A stretch of DNA of 64,000 nt from Calcarisporiella thermophila CBS 279.70. Its lineage: Eukaryota > Fungi > Calcarisporiellomycota. The translations under genes and the position numbers were made by a program. The DNA lies in NCBI RefSeq assembly GCF_041956535.1, contig NW_027192211.1, forward strand, positions 303,516-367,515, read 5' to 3'. This document shows positions 1 through 11,355 of the stretch, piece by piece. The first letter of the stretch is position 1; every line of letters begins with the position of its first letter. The notes beneath the pieces were generated by a model. That model did no database searches, was not told the DNA's origin, and saw only the letters and a program-made list of their open reading frames with translations.

Positions 1-1008
1 GTGAGGAAAGGAGATGGGGGAAGGGATGGTCATTTGGGATGGAATGCGGGGGGGGATCAGAGGCGGCAGACCTGCAGTCATAGAGCAATTTTGGGGAAGG
101 CAGCCAAGGGATGTAATTAAATAAACCGATTTCAGCGGACTAAAAAAGCGGGAGGAAAAAGTTCCCACGTCTCGTGTGTTTGGGCTGTCAAAAATAAACG
201 GTGAAAATAAGGAAAAAAAGAAAATGCGACCCGCCCGCAGCACATTCCAAGTCCCACGCGACTCGCGGAAAATTTAGAGTTGCCCAAGATCTCCCCCGCC
301 CGCCCACCCAAGCTCCCTAAGCAGATCTCCCGCTCCTCCACCCAGCGGCCGGCATCTTGGCTCCCGCCTCCACGGTTGCCCTCCCGCCGCCGTGATTTGC
401 CCAAGTAGGTTTGGTGCCACGACACCTGTGTTTGTAGATCGTGTTTCAGACATCCGCGTGCAAAGCAACAACACGCGCCCCAACGGAAAGGGGCCGGCAG
501 TAGCGGTTTGAATGGAACGAGCGGCTCCAACCCTGGCCTTCGTCCGCTGCGCTATTGCAAGCGGCCGGCCCATGCACCCAGTTGGCCGCGGCGCATCCCC
601 CCGGCCACCACCCGAAACGGCCGACTAGAGCCCGTGTGCAGAGCCGAGCGCCCGGCGGTAAGATTCTCTGACACCGTCATGCAATCCGCATGGTTCGTTG
701 GTTGGGTTTGTTTGCCTTTCAGATTAAGCAACCTAAAGACAGGAGCCAGCGCAAAAGCGGGGGGAGGCGGCGACGCCGTGAGCCTATTTCAATCCGGTTC
801 CAAACTTGGCGATGTCGGATTGGATTCGGACAGCGGCCGTCGGAGTTGAGTGGCGGGTAGGAGCTCAGGAGCTCGGATTGAATTGGCCGTTACGTCTTTT
901 CCTACTCGACGCGCTGCTGTTTGGCCGCGAAAATAAAACGCGCTCTCTACCGAATACCATCTGCAACTAATTAATCCAGATTTCGACGCGTCATTACGTA
1001 CCAAGCGG

Positions 1009-3331
1009 ATGAACAGGCTTCTTGATGACTTCACGGGCATGAAGCTGTCCTCGATCGAGGAGGAGGCCTCTCCATCACCTCCTCCCCATGGCCAGCCCCC
1101 GCTCTCCGCGGGATCCAACGTGACATCGTCGGCATCCTCAAAACCCTCAAGCTCGGAGCCGTCTCGCACAGGATCTGCCATCCCGCCTAAGCAGCTGGAA
1201 TCGGATCCTGCTACAAAGCGCAAATGTGATGTGACACAGATCTGTAGTTATCATTCTCAATCATCTTTCCCATTTTGGTCGATATGGTGCTTGACCTATA
1301 TATACATTTTTCTTTCTGTATATACCATCCCCCCCACCACAGACTTTATGCAGTATTATTTCGACTGGCTGCACTATATCCACACGCGTAAACTAAGAAC
1401 GGAACAGTACAAAGAAGAATTGCGGAAATCGAACGTGAGTAACGCTTGCAAAAATGGTTGATTTCTGTTCTTGACGACGTGCTCCCGATATTTCTCTGCA
1501 TAGCTCTCCATCGAGGAAATGACGGAAAAGTGGAAAGAGTTCTGCGGGAATGAGTCCGCCATGCTACGGAAGCGAAGGACAAGGACCCGTGCCAACGATT
1601 TTCATATATTGACGCAGGTCGGCCAGGGTGGATATGGGGCTGTAAGTGCTATTCTTTTGAGCTCTTTTTGTTCCCTTCCGTGCCGCTCACCAGCATGCTT
1701 GCGGTAATCTCTGTTTGTGCCTATCGCGCACGTCACAGGTATATCTGGCGCGCAAGACGGATACCAGCGAAGTTTGTGCGCTCAAGAAAATGAGCAAAAA
1801 GTTGCTTCAAAAACTTAACGAGGCAAGAATTGTCCCCATGGACGAATCTCTCTAACGCTGCCGGATATCTAACCGCGTCTTGCCCTCTCTCTCGCTTTAC
1901 CTACCTAGATTGATCACATTCTCACGGAGAGAGATGTTCTGACGGCCGCGAACTCGCCTTGGCTCGTAAAGCTACTCTATTCTTTCCAAGATGTGGAGCA
2001 TGTCTACCTCGCCATGGTAAGATGCAGATCATCTCTTCACCCTTCACTGTGTATGGGCTTCAATTCTTGGCTATGTTGAAAGGAATATGTCCCGGGAGGT
2101 GACATGCGAACCCTCCTCAATAATAGTGGAATCCTCCGAGAGGAACACACGCGCTTTTACGTTGCAGAGATGTTCATGTGCGTCAATGCATTGCATCAGC
2201 TAGGATTTTTGCATCGCGACTTGAAGCCTGAAGTGGGTTCCCCTCCTGTCCTCCTGTTGCATTCCATCCAGTTTGGCTAAAATGGACCCTCTTGCAGAAT
2301 TTCTTAATTGACTATAGTGGACACCTCAAGCTGACGGATTTCGGGCTCTCAAAGGGCTCCTTAAGCTCCAAACACCTTAGCACACTTCGCTCAAAGGTTC
2401 GTATATGGTCGATCTCTTTCCTACCACCATTTTGGTTTTGCAGTGACTCCATTTGCTCATCGACGCTTGCTTACCTCTTTTTATCTTCCTCAAACTTTTG
2501 CAGTTTGAAGCCATCAAGAACCAGAAGTTGATCTATCGCTCCTCAATCGAGCGACGCAACATTCACACCATCCGGAGAGCAGAAAACGTGACTTGGGTAG
2601 AGTGTTTTCTGATCTGTCGACCTCTCTTATTCCAGCCCCCTCCCCATTAAACCTCCTCCCATCATCTCCATTGCTGTGGTTAGGCTTATTCGCTGGTGGG
2701 GTCTCCCGATTACATGGCTCCTGAAATTCTCGGAAAAGACGGCTACGATTACGCGGTTGACTATTGGTCCATAGGCTGCATCATGTATGAGTTCTTGGCA
2801 GGGTTCCCCCCGTTCAGTGCTCCCACCATGGACGAGGTGTGGTTGAATGTCTATCGGTGGCAGGAGGTACTGGAGCGCCCCGTCTACACCCGCCCCGAGG
2901 ACCTCGAATTTAATCTCACCGACGTAGCATGGGATCTGATCACACGGCTGATCACAGCGCGTGACCGGCGTCTCGCCTCCATTGCCGAGGTGCAGATCCA
3001 CCCGTTCTTCGCCGGGTGGCATTTCCCCCGGATGCGGGAGGAGGTGCTTCCGCCTTTTGTGCCGCAGCTCGACTCCGAGTTTGACACATCCTACTTCGAC
3101 GACTTCTCCAATCCACAGCACATGGCGATGTACAAGGAGGTGAACGATAAGAAGGAGAAGCTGGAGGCTCAGCTGAAGAGCGAGCCGGTCAGAGACGCCG
3201 TGCCAAGAAATGCCTTTGTTGGCTTCACTTTCCGACATAAGCAGGCGTCACAGTTGCTGGACGGCGTTGCGAAGCGCGAATACGTTAACAGTAGCGATGA
3301 GAGCAGCTACTACCGTGAGTCTCCTTCTTAG
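1009..3331 (+). CDS. DBF2: NDR/LATS-family Ser/Thr kinase, Dbf2/Dbf20/Sid2-like (mitotic exit/septation network), about 9 exons
   Basis: Hand-spliced frame gives TKRKCDVTQIYFMQYYFD, LRKRRTRTRANDFHILTQVGQGGYGAVYLARK, HRDLKPENFL, LKLTDFGLSKG, AYSLVGSPDYMAPE, and an AGC tail FDTSYFDDF...FVGFTFRH. Introns are GT-AG except one GC-AG (1823-1908). Confidence 0.93.
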
Positions 3332-4640
3332 CATAAGCATTCCATGGGGAACGCAGAAGAGGGGGAGGAAGCGGAAGTGCTCTCCCCCTCTTATTCTGAT
3401 GCATTTTGTCTATTAGGTACCATGTTCTAAAGATCCGACTACCGCTCCACAACCTGCACGAAACTCTATTCATTCATTCATATTAAACCTCCTTCTCAGT
3501 ATTTCTACATCTCACATACAGTATAATATCTCTATATCTCTATCTATCTTTAATGGGTTTATTACCAAACAGTGGCCAAGTGGTTGGCTGCGGATGACCT
3601 TTCTGGCGGTTGTTTTTTTTTCTTTGTGGTTGAGTGAGAAAAAGTGATGGCCCTGTCTTAGACCTAACTTAATGGTACTCATCTCCCTGCACCCTCCATG
3701 CTTGAGCCACTAGCATGAACAATAAATTTTCTGCGGACTCTTTTTTTCCCTGCATGGGATCGCTTGCAGAACCGTGTCGCCTTCACTCTTACCGTATAAA
3801 ACAGGTGATGACCGATGGTAAAAGAAACCCATTTATCTTTACAGCAGTAGTAGCTGTCAACATGAAATTCCTTGAGCATTTTCGAATTAGGGGCGACCAA
3901 TGTGCTTAATGAGTATTGTATCTATTCGCGATTCTAATACAGAAGGATAACACCGGCAGGGAATCCCCCTCCAAAAAAAAAATCCTACGTTGACCAATGG
4001 GATCATTTGGCTATCTTTCTGGAAATCCACGCTTTAATAGATGATGCACCAGTATTACGTACTCTACACGGGAAGGTGCTAGACGGGCCACTTTACTGTA
4101 CCTGGCCGGATTTTCAGTATGATTCTCCTAAGGAGGAGGATCCAAGAGGAAAAGCACTTTAGCTTCGATTAGTCTAGTGCTATCATTCACACGGCCAAGG
4201 TGGAAGTGGAGAGATGGAGTGGAGAGATTTCTATGCCCTAAGCGATGTTGGGGGAACTTCTATTGGGGGTGGGCCGAGCTTTTTGGAATGACTCTTGGCA
4301 AGAGGACAAGATTTAATCGAAAGCTGCAAAGCAAACCCAGCTTACGCCTGCGACGGAGAGTCGTAGGCGAAGTATGCACATGTATTCTGCAAAAAGTCAT
4401 GCTAGGGTGGACTCTGCGGAGCCCTGGGACCTTGTCGCTCGCCAATCTCCTCTTTACTAACCGAGTCTTCTAGAAAACACAGCTCAGACAAATCGGAGCT
4501 GAAATTCCAACCAAGACACCCAAGACCTTCTTCTATTTAGAGAAAATGCCTACCTGCCAAGAGCCTGACAAGAAAAATTCTTGGAGTGGATATATAAAAT
4601 TTAATCAACCAGTATACGGCTAGGGAAAAAAATAACAGAC

Positions 4641-5732
4641 ATGCAAAATTCAACTAGTATGGCCTCCCCCGCTTCACAAGAGCCGCCTCAACCACCAGCT
4701 CACTTGTCAAGCTATGAAACCTCAGGACCAAACCAGACACAAGAGATTGAGCCACCTAGCACCGCACATGAACCAGCCCTGCCCGAGTCATTGGCTGAGG
4801 TCGAGGTCCAGCATGATCCAGTTGAGAGCCTGTACGCCATGTTCCCTGAGCTTGACCGCGAAGTGATCCAGGACGTGCTTCTTGGAAGCTGTAAAGGCGA
4901 TATGCAACGGGCAGCAGAGCTGCTGCTCTCTCTTACAGACCCAGAGGCGTATCAGGGGGAATCATCCATGGCGAGAAGAGATAGAGATGTAAGCCCGTCC
5001 TCGAGCGCCAGGGAAGCAGGGCGACGTGACAGTCCTCAACCATCGGACTGGAATCGCACCGAGCAAACCCCCCCGCCGATCACGGTGACCCAGGTCTCCG
5101 GCGATCATGATGCTACAAATTCCCACTATCAGACAAGCACTCCGGCCGACCAGCTCCGTGGGGACGAGGAGCTAGCATTCCGATTGATGCAAGAAGAGCA
5201 GGAGCGGATATACCAATCGATACGTTACTCATCTGCCTCCTCGCCGCAACGCCAACAACGGCCCAACCATCAGGGGCCAGCCTATGGGCTCGATAATCAA
5301 GGTAAGCGAATGCCGAAGCAATCAGCTTGGAGTGAAGAGTGCTTGACATTCCGACGATTTAGATGGCTCGCAGCTAAGGGAGCGGATCACAGCGGCCACA
5401 GAGAGTAAGCCAACCTCCCATGGGCGGCGCAAAAGCATGGGTTATTAATCCATTGTTCTTCAATAGGTACAAAAAAGAGGTTCAGGGAGTGGTACGGGAA
5501 AATAAGCAATCGCCCGGTACCCAAGCAGGCATCGGACGGAGCCCAGGGGCAGCCGAGTGTAGTGCTGCATGTGCAGCATGATGATCGGCCAGGTACGATC
5601 TGTCTGTTTGTTATTGGTATCCGTTTCCTTTCCTCTTATCTTTCTTCATGGTCAATAGTGGATCGCCGTTGGGCAACCACCCCTGTGCAAAGCACTACAC
5701 TCATAGATCCAGCCTACACGCCTCGGGAATAG
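4641..5732 (+). CDS. CUE-domain ubiquitin-binding protein, Cue5-like, 4 exons
   Basis: CUE motif VESLYAMFPELDREVIQDVLLGSCKGDMQRAAELLLSL; UIM/MIU-like QLRGDEELAFRLMQEE. Three GT-AG introns keep the frame to TAG at 5730-5732. Confidence 0.8.
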
Positions 5733-5954
5733 CCGGTTTGACCATTAGGGGAGAAATATTCATACTCGTTTTATCCTTATTCACCCTATTCTTTATTGCA
5801 AATGTATATTTTTTTTTCGTTTTCTACAACCGTGTAATTCATACCACATAAGACTATCTTAGTAACCGCGAAAGCAACAATAAATTCCTTAAAGGTCGCT
5901 AGTCAACGGTAAGGTAGAGTAGAGCCACAAGAGGTTAAAGGGGCGTGGGAGAGC

Positions 5955-6387
5955 TCAAACGGACTCGGCGCGTTGCTCCCGCCCTTGTTCACGCTTTCGT
6001 TCTTCCAGCGCACACTGCATATTTTTGATCTGCTTGTTGCTCAGCAGCTGCGCGATTGTGTTGCGACTCAAGTCAAAAGAGACTCTGCGATTATGTTTCT
6101 GGAACGGGGGATTTGTAATAGCGGGGGACATCTAGCAATAGACAAATGGCTTGAGTCTCTAGAGATGGATGCAATTAGCCATTTGGAAAATCACCTCGTG
6201 CGGCGTGCAGGTGGTGTTAGGAAATTCGCCTATACGACCCTTGCCTTCGTATGTACTCTGAGCACGCCATGGGATTAATGGAGAAAAAAAAAAATCATGG
6301 TCAGTCTGTGTCCAGATGACGGTGACCATCATTCATGTCATGCCTTACCCTTCTTGATGAACTCTTGGAACGTCTTTTTCTTGCCAT
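5955..6387 (-). CDS. Small 92-aa basic protein with RVxF (RRVSF) motif; not in the ORF track
   Basis: Exons 6387-6349, 6257-6195 and 6131-5955, joined by phase-0 introns GTAAGG..CAG and GTGATT..TAG. Protein: MARKRRSKSSSRRSTYEGKGRIGEFPNTTCTPHEMSPAITNPPFQKHNRRVSFDLSRNTIAQLLSNKQIKNMQCALEERKREQGREQRAESV. Confidence 0.6.
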
Positions 6388-7203
6388 GTAAAGCTGTCAG
6401 CTCCAACAATTCCATTCACACTCTATCTTAGTCGCAAAACGGGAGGCTTCGATATAGAGCCCTCAGTCAATTGTTAAGGATAACAATGGTGAGGGGAGGA
6501 TATAAAATCAAAGGAGGGGGGGAGGGCAGGTGCAAAAGGTTTCTGATGTTCTTTGAGATGGTGTCGGCTTGGAAGAGAGCGAGAGGGGATTGGCAATCAC
6601 TTTTGGCAATGACTTTCAAGAGGAAAGAAGTGCCAGAAAAATCTCGATTTTTATTGAGTATGGAGGGTTGCTGCACCACGTCTCGTGATCTCTCTCGTAT
6701 CTTACGTTTTTTCCAAATACGTTTTCGAAGCCAAAATAGAAAACACTAAACGCGATTAAATTGCGACTTGCGTCTTCGTGGAATCATGAAAATAAAACAT
6801 GGGCAACCACCACCGATGGCGACGCCAGCTAAAGCGTCAGGCTGCAGTGATCAGCACCAAGAAAGACTGGTTTCCTCTAGGGCCCCGGGGTGATCCAATG
6901 TTTCTTCTCCATGAGCTTAATGACGAATTAACCCTCGCTTATCCGGAGCTTATGTAGCATAAGATAGGGTCAGGATATTTAGAGTTGGGCGTGTAACCTT
7001 TCCCCAAGCAGCTCGCCATTTCCAAGCCTGCTTTCAAAAACGCATCCTTGAATGGCCATTTTGCTCAGGGTGTTTCATCCTCCCCTCTCCTCCCCCTCTC
7101 TCATATCAGATGTGGATATTTTGTTTTATTGTATACCAAGAATTTTATGGTTTAAAAGTAGGTGTAAGAGAGGAGGGAAAAGAAAAGAGACTCAAAGGAA
7201 TAT

Positions 7204-9880
7204 TTACACTAGCTCTGTATCCTCCAAATATCGATACTGGGACGGCGATGAGGTCGGAAGCCGGGGGGGGGGGAAAAGAAAGCAAGGCGGGGGACCATTA
7301 GCAGAAACCCAATGGGAGCAGAGCGAAACCAAGAATACATACCTCAAATCGGAATTCGGACTTCTTGCGCTGGCACCAGGCCCCCTCGTAGTCGAAGTAG
7401 ATGTACGTGCCCTCCTCATACTCGTCTGTGATCGCGCGAGGCTCCTCGTGGCGCTGGAACCATGTGAGGTACTTTTTGTGGAACCGCCACGATTGCCGTT
7501 TCAGTTCCCGGGCCGCGAGATACTGCTGATACGTCCCTGCCTGGTAGTAGAAGATGAAGAAGATGGTGTCGATATCTAGCCGTTCGAATAATGCCGGGTG
7601 ATGGGGTAGAGGTTGTTGTGGGTAATGCGCGGGGGTGGGGTAAGGGTTGCGTGGAATGTAGTGGCGGGGGCGCTCCATATCGAGAAGGTCCGGCAGGCAG
7701 GCAAGGCTTGTCTCCAGCATCGCATGTAAAAATTCGCGGTCATCACGGTGCTGTTGGGATTGCTCCTTGGTTGCTTCGAAAGGCGCAACCAGGTCCTTGA
7801 GCGATGGTGGCAGCTTGGTCTCGATCTCGGCGGCCGGAGACTCCCTGGAGTCCTCTGCGGGCGATAATGCGGACTCCTGCAGATGGAAACACAAATATGG
7901 AGATGAGAGGCTACTGAGCTCACCAACATACCCGCGTTTATACATACCTGCTTCCCGGCCTGATCGTCGGACGGCTGCTCGTGTAAATCCCCGACTGGAG
8001 ATGCGGTCAAGTCTCGTGAAGCAGGCGACATCGCTTGCCTTGAATCTACCTCCTCAGACTCGGTTGTGGGAACAGAGACTTTTTCTCTTGTGGCCGATTC
8101 GGATTTCGGCGAGGTGGGCAGAGCAGCGGAGGGAATGGAGTGAAAAGCCGGAGGTGATGTCGCAGAGGGAGTAGAGTAGAGCTGTTGGGGCTGCTGGGAT
8201 GGAACAGGCTCCTGTTGCGACGTCGGTTTTGGCATAATAGCTGCGCGTTGAATGGGGAGGGCTGTCTTTGCAGGGGATTGCGGAATCGGCATACCTAAGG
8301 AAAATAAGAGGACGAGTTTAAATAAAGCCAAAAAAAAGCCCTTGGGTTCAAGATATATGTACTGGTCTCTATGATGTCGGAGTGAATAATCGCAAAACAA
8401 AATGGATCAGTAAAACGGTAGCCTTTAGAAAGTCATCCACGAACTTACTTCTTTGCGGCGCTGGAGGTTGTTTCGAAATTTTTGCTGGCTGTGCCGGTGG
8501 TGTGAGCTAATGCATTATTTGGTACAAAATCAATTTTTCCACCGCATACATAGATACACTTAGTGAATTATTAAAAGGGCTTACCTCCTCTGGTTCTTTG
8601 ACTCGTTTATGCGGTGATATACTTTCTGCACCAGCCTCATCCTTTGCCCTCTAGATAATGAGTGATGGAAGTGGGGAGGGGAGAAGCATTGCTTAGATAA
8701 TATTGAGCAAAAAGAAAACAAGTGATCCTAGCCAACCTCTTTAGTCGTTCGTGAATCGTCTGTGGCGCTATCATCTTTGCTTCCGGCATACTCGTCGTTC
8801 ATTATTCCATAGAGTGCTTCTTCCTCCTCGAGCTCTAGATCATTGTATATATCTTCGTCCTCGATGAAATCATCCTCCTAGACGTGGGGCGGTATGTCAA
8901 TTGGCCATTCATGCAGGCAAAATACATAAAACGAATCAAAGCTGGGCCCATACCTGATTGCTTTCTACATAATACCGCACATCTTCTTGTAATGGAGTCA
9001 CTCTATCCACCGGGATCCTGTCGTTTTCCAGCAACCGTAATATTAACTCCAGTCGACTTGTGTGCCATTTATGTCGCTCAATCAGATGGTCTATCTCGGC
9101 CAGACGCTCCATCTTGGAGTTGTCCTTACGTCCTTTCCTCGCTGCAATCTGAAGCGTTTCCATCTCGGCCTCTAGAGTCTCGATTTGCAGACCCAAATCC
9201 TCGACGCTCTGTGTGATCCATGCGCAGCAATCCACCTTCTCTTTCTCCTTGGGATCTAGTTTGGCCATCTGGAGCAGCCCCTCTTTTGAATATGCCTTCG
9301 TTTTCATCTCCTTCTCGCAGGCCTTGAACTTCTCCATTTGCTATTTGGAAATAAACAAACCAAATCCCGTCAAATCTCGATCTCGGAGCCTAAATGCTCT
9401 CTACTGTCAGGCATAAATAAGAGAGGACAGCAATCGCACCTGTTCTATCAGCTTGCGGTTTTCTGTTAATTGGCTTTTGTCCTTGATCTCATTGGAGGCT
9501 ATCCAGGTTCTGATTTGGTCGCGTAATCTTTGTAGCTTCTTGATTTCCTTTTTCAGATCGGCCTCGAACTTCTCCTTCTGATTTGCATTGGTTGCTGTCT
9601 GGATTTTATCAAAGATCTCCTCGAACGTTTCGACCCCCTCGGAAACCTTTTTCAGTACACGATCGATTTCGGCTATTGTTCGCGATGGATGAGCAGAAAG
9701 CAGAAGAGTTAGTAATGAGTTGGGACGGGTCTCTCATTATTTTATATCCATTTTCATCAGAATATGGGTGTTTTGAATCTCCTGGTAAAATACCAAGTCA
9801 TCGAGCGTAACCTCTCCCCTTCCCTCGATTTTCCCTTTTAGTCACCCTACACACTTACTCTGTAATTTTCTGTTTGCCAT
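7204..9880 (-). CDS. NOT3: CCR4-NOT complex subunit Not3/Not5 (CNOT3)
   Basis: N-terminus [24 protein letters not shown]...[23 protein letters not shown]...[22 protein letters not shown]-terminal NOT box [44 protein letters not shown]...FRFEYRYLED. Confidence 0.95.
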
Positions 9881-10098
9881 TGCAGGCTATTTTCAAAATT
9901 AAAATAAAACTTTGAAAAAACGGGAGTGATGAATTGCAAACTTATTAAAAAAAGTTTTGATGAGCTATTTCGAATGGTTCAGCGAGGCGCAGCAATATAA
10001 ATTGGCCGTCACGGGGTACAAGGTTGGGTGTACGCGTTCTAAATTGGCCATATTCTCTCTTTTGACTTTATTAATCATTGTGGAAACTTTTGGTTGCC

Positions 10099-11170
10099 AT
10101 GTCTTCAGAAGCCATTGCTGTGGGAGGTGGCTATGTAGTGCAACGGGTAGGATGGATTCTTTGTATTTTGGAAGTAAACTCCTATCACTTATCTCCTTCA
10201 TAATTGTTTCTTAGGTCGTCCCTGATGACAATAACTGTCTCTTCCGATCAGTAGGTATGAGAAAATGGCCCATTTTATTATAGATTGATATACAATTTCA
10301 TTCAAACTTCTTTTTTTTTAATATTTATGATATCAATCGGCACAGGGTAGTGACTTGAGACAAACGGCAGTGCCTATTATTTTGACTGCTCTAATGATGC
10401 TGTCTTTATAGATATGTCTTGGAGCAAGATCCTAGTGTAGTGGCAAAGCTGAGAAAGCGTGGGTACAATTCTGGCATTAACAATACTATTAATTTACACA
10501 GCCATTTGAACTGTCAATAGTTGTTGCTGATTGCATTCGCAAAGATACCGACACATACTCCGAAGCCTTTCTCGGAAAACCAGTAGAGGAGTATTGCAAC
10601 TGGATTATGAAGGAGAGCTGGGGCGGCGCAATCGAACTGAGCATTTTATCCAAGGTTTATGGTGTCGAAATTGCGAGCATTGACATCCAGACTGGGCGGG
10701 TGGATCGTTTTGGAGAAGGGGAATATGCCCAGCGTGTCATATTGCTGTATAGTGGAATTCGTAAGTATACCCCACCGCTTTTCTATGCCTCTCTTTTTGT
10801 ATTTCGATACCACTGTGTGTTGTGTATAAACGATTTTGTAGATTATGATGCTGTGGCAATGACCCCCGATCCGAACGCTCCTAGGGAGTTTGATCAGACA
10901 CAGTTTGAGGTCAGCGATGACGCGGTGCTCCCTGCTGCGCTGCAGCTCGCCGCTCGCCTCCGAGAGGTTAGCATTCTCGCATCCATTTTTTCCTATTCAA
11001 CCAGAGACTAATATGCCATGTATTGGACATGACAGAAGAGGCAGTACACCGACCTTGCCAACTTCACGCTTCGGTGTTCCGTCTGCCAGACTGGATTGCG
11101 CGGCCAAAAGGAGGCGACTCAACACGCGCTCCAGACAGGGCATGCAAGTTTCGAGGAATACCTATCTTAG
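10099..11170 (+). CDS. OTU1: OTU1/YOD1-type deubiquitinase (OTU domain + C2H2 Zn finger), N-terminally short; includes a predicted 1-nt exon at 10346
   Basis: [18 protein letters not shown] (catalytic Cys), [21 protein letters not shown] (catalytic His), [31 protein letters not shown]. Confidence 0.9.
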
Positions 11171-11355
11171 TCAGCTTGAGACTATTGCGTTATCTTTTAT
11201 ATTTTTATTCATTTTTTTTTCTTTCCCATTAACTGCACAAATAATAGAAAGTATAATAACGTATTTTTTTTTTTTGCTTCCGTAAGACGGCAATAGATTT
11301 AAATGTTTTTGATATTTTTTTTATTTCCCTTTATTTTCAAACAACAAATGCATCT

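Noticed and set aside
132-849. ORFs upstream of DBF2
   Set aside because: No recognisable domains; the region looks like GC-rich promoter/leader DNA, possibly shared with a gene outside the window.
165-6687. Shared 12-mer CCACGTCTCGTG at 165 and 6676
   Set aside because: Many 12-mer duplicates are expected by chance in 64 kb.
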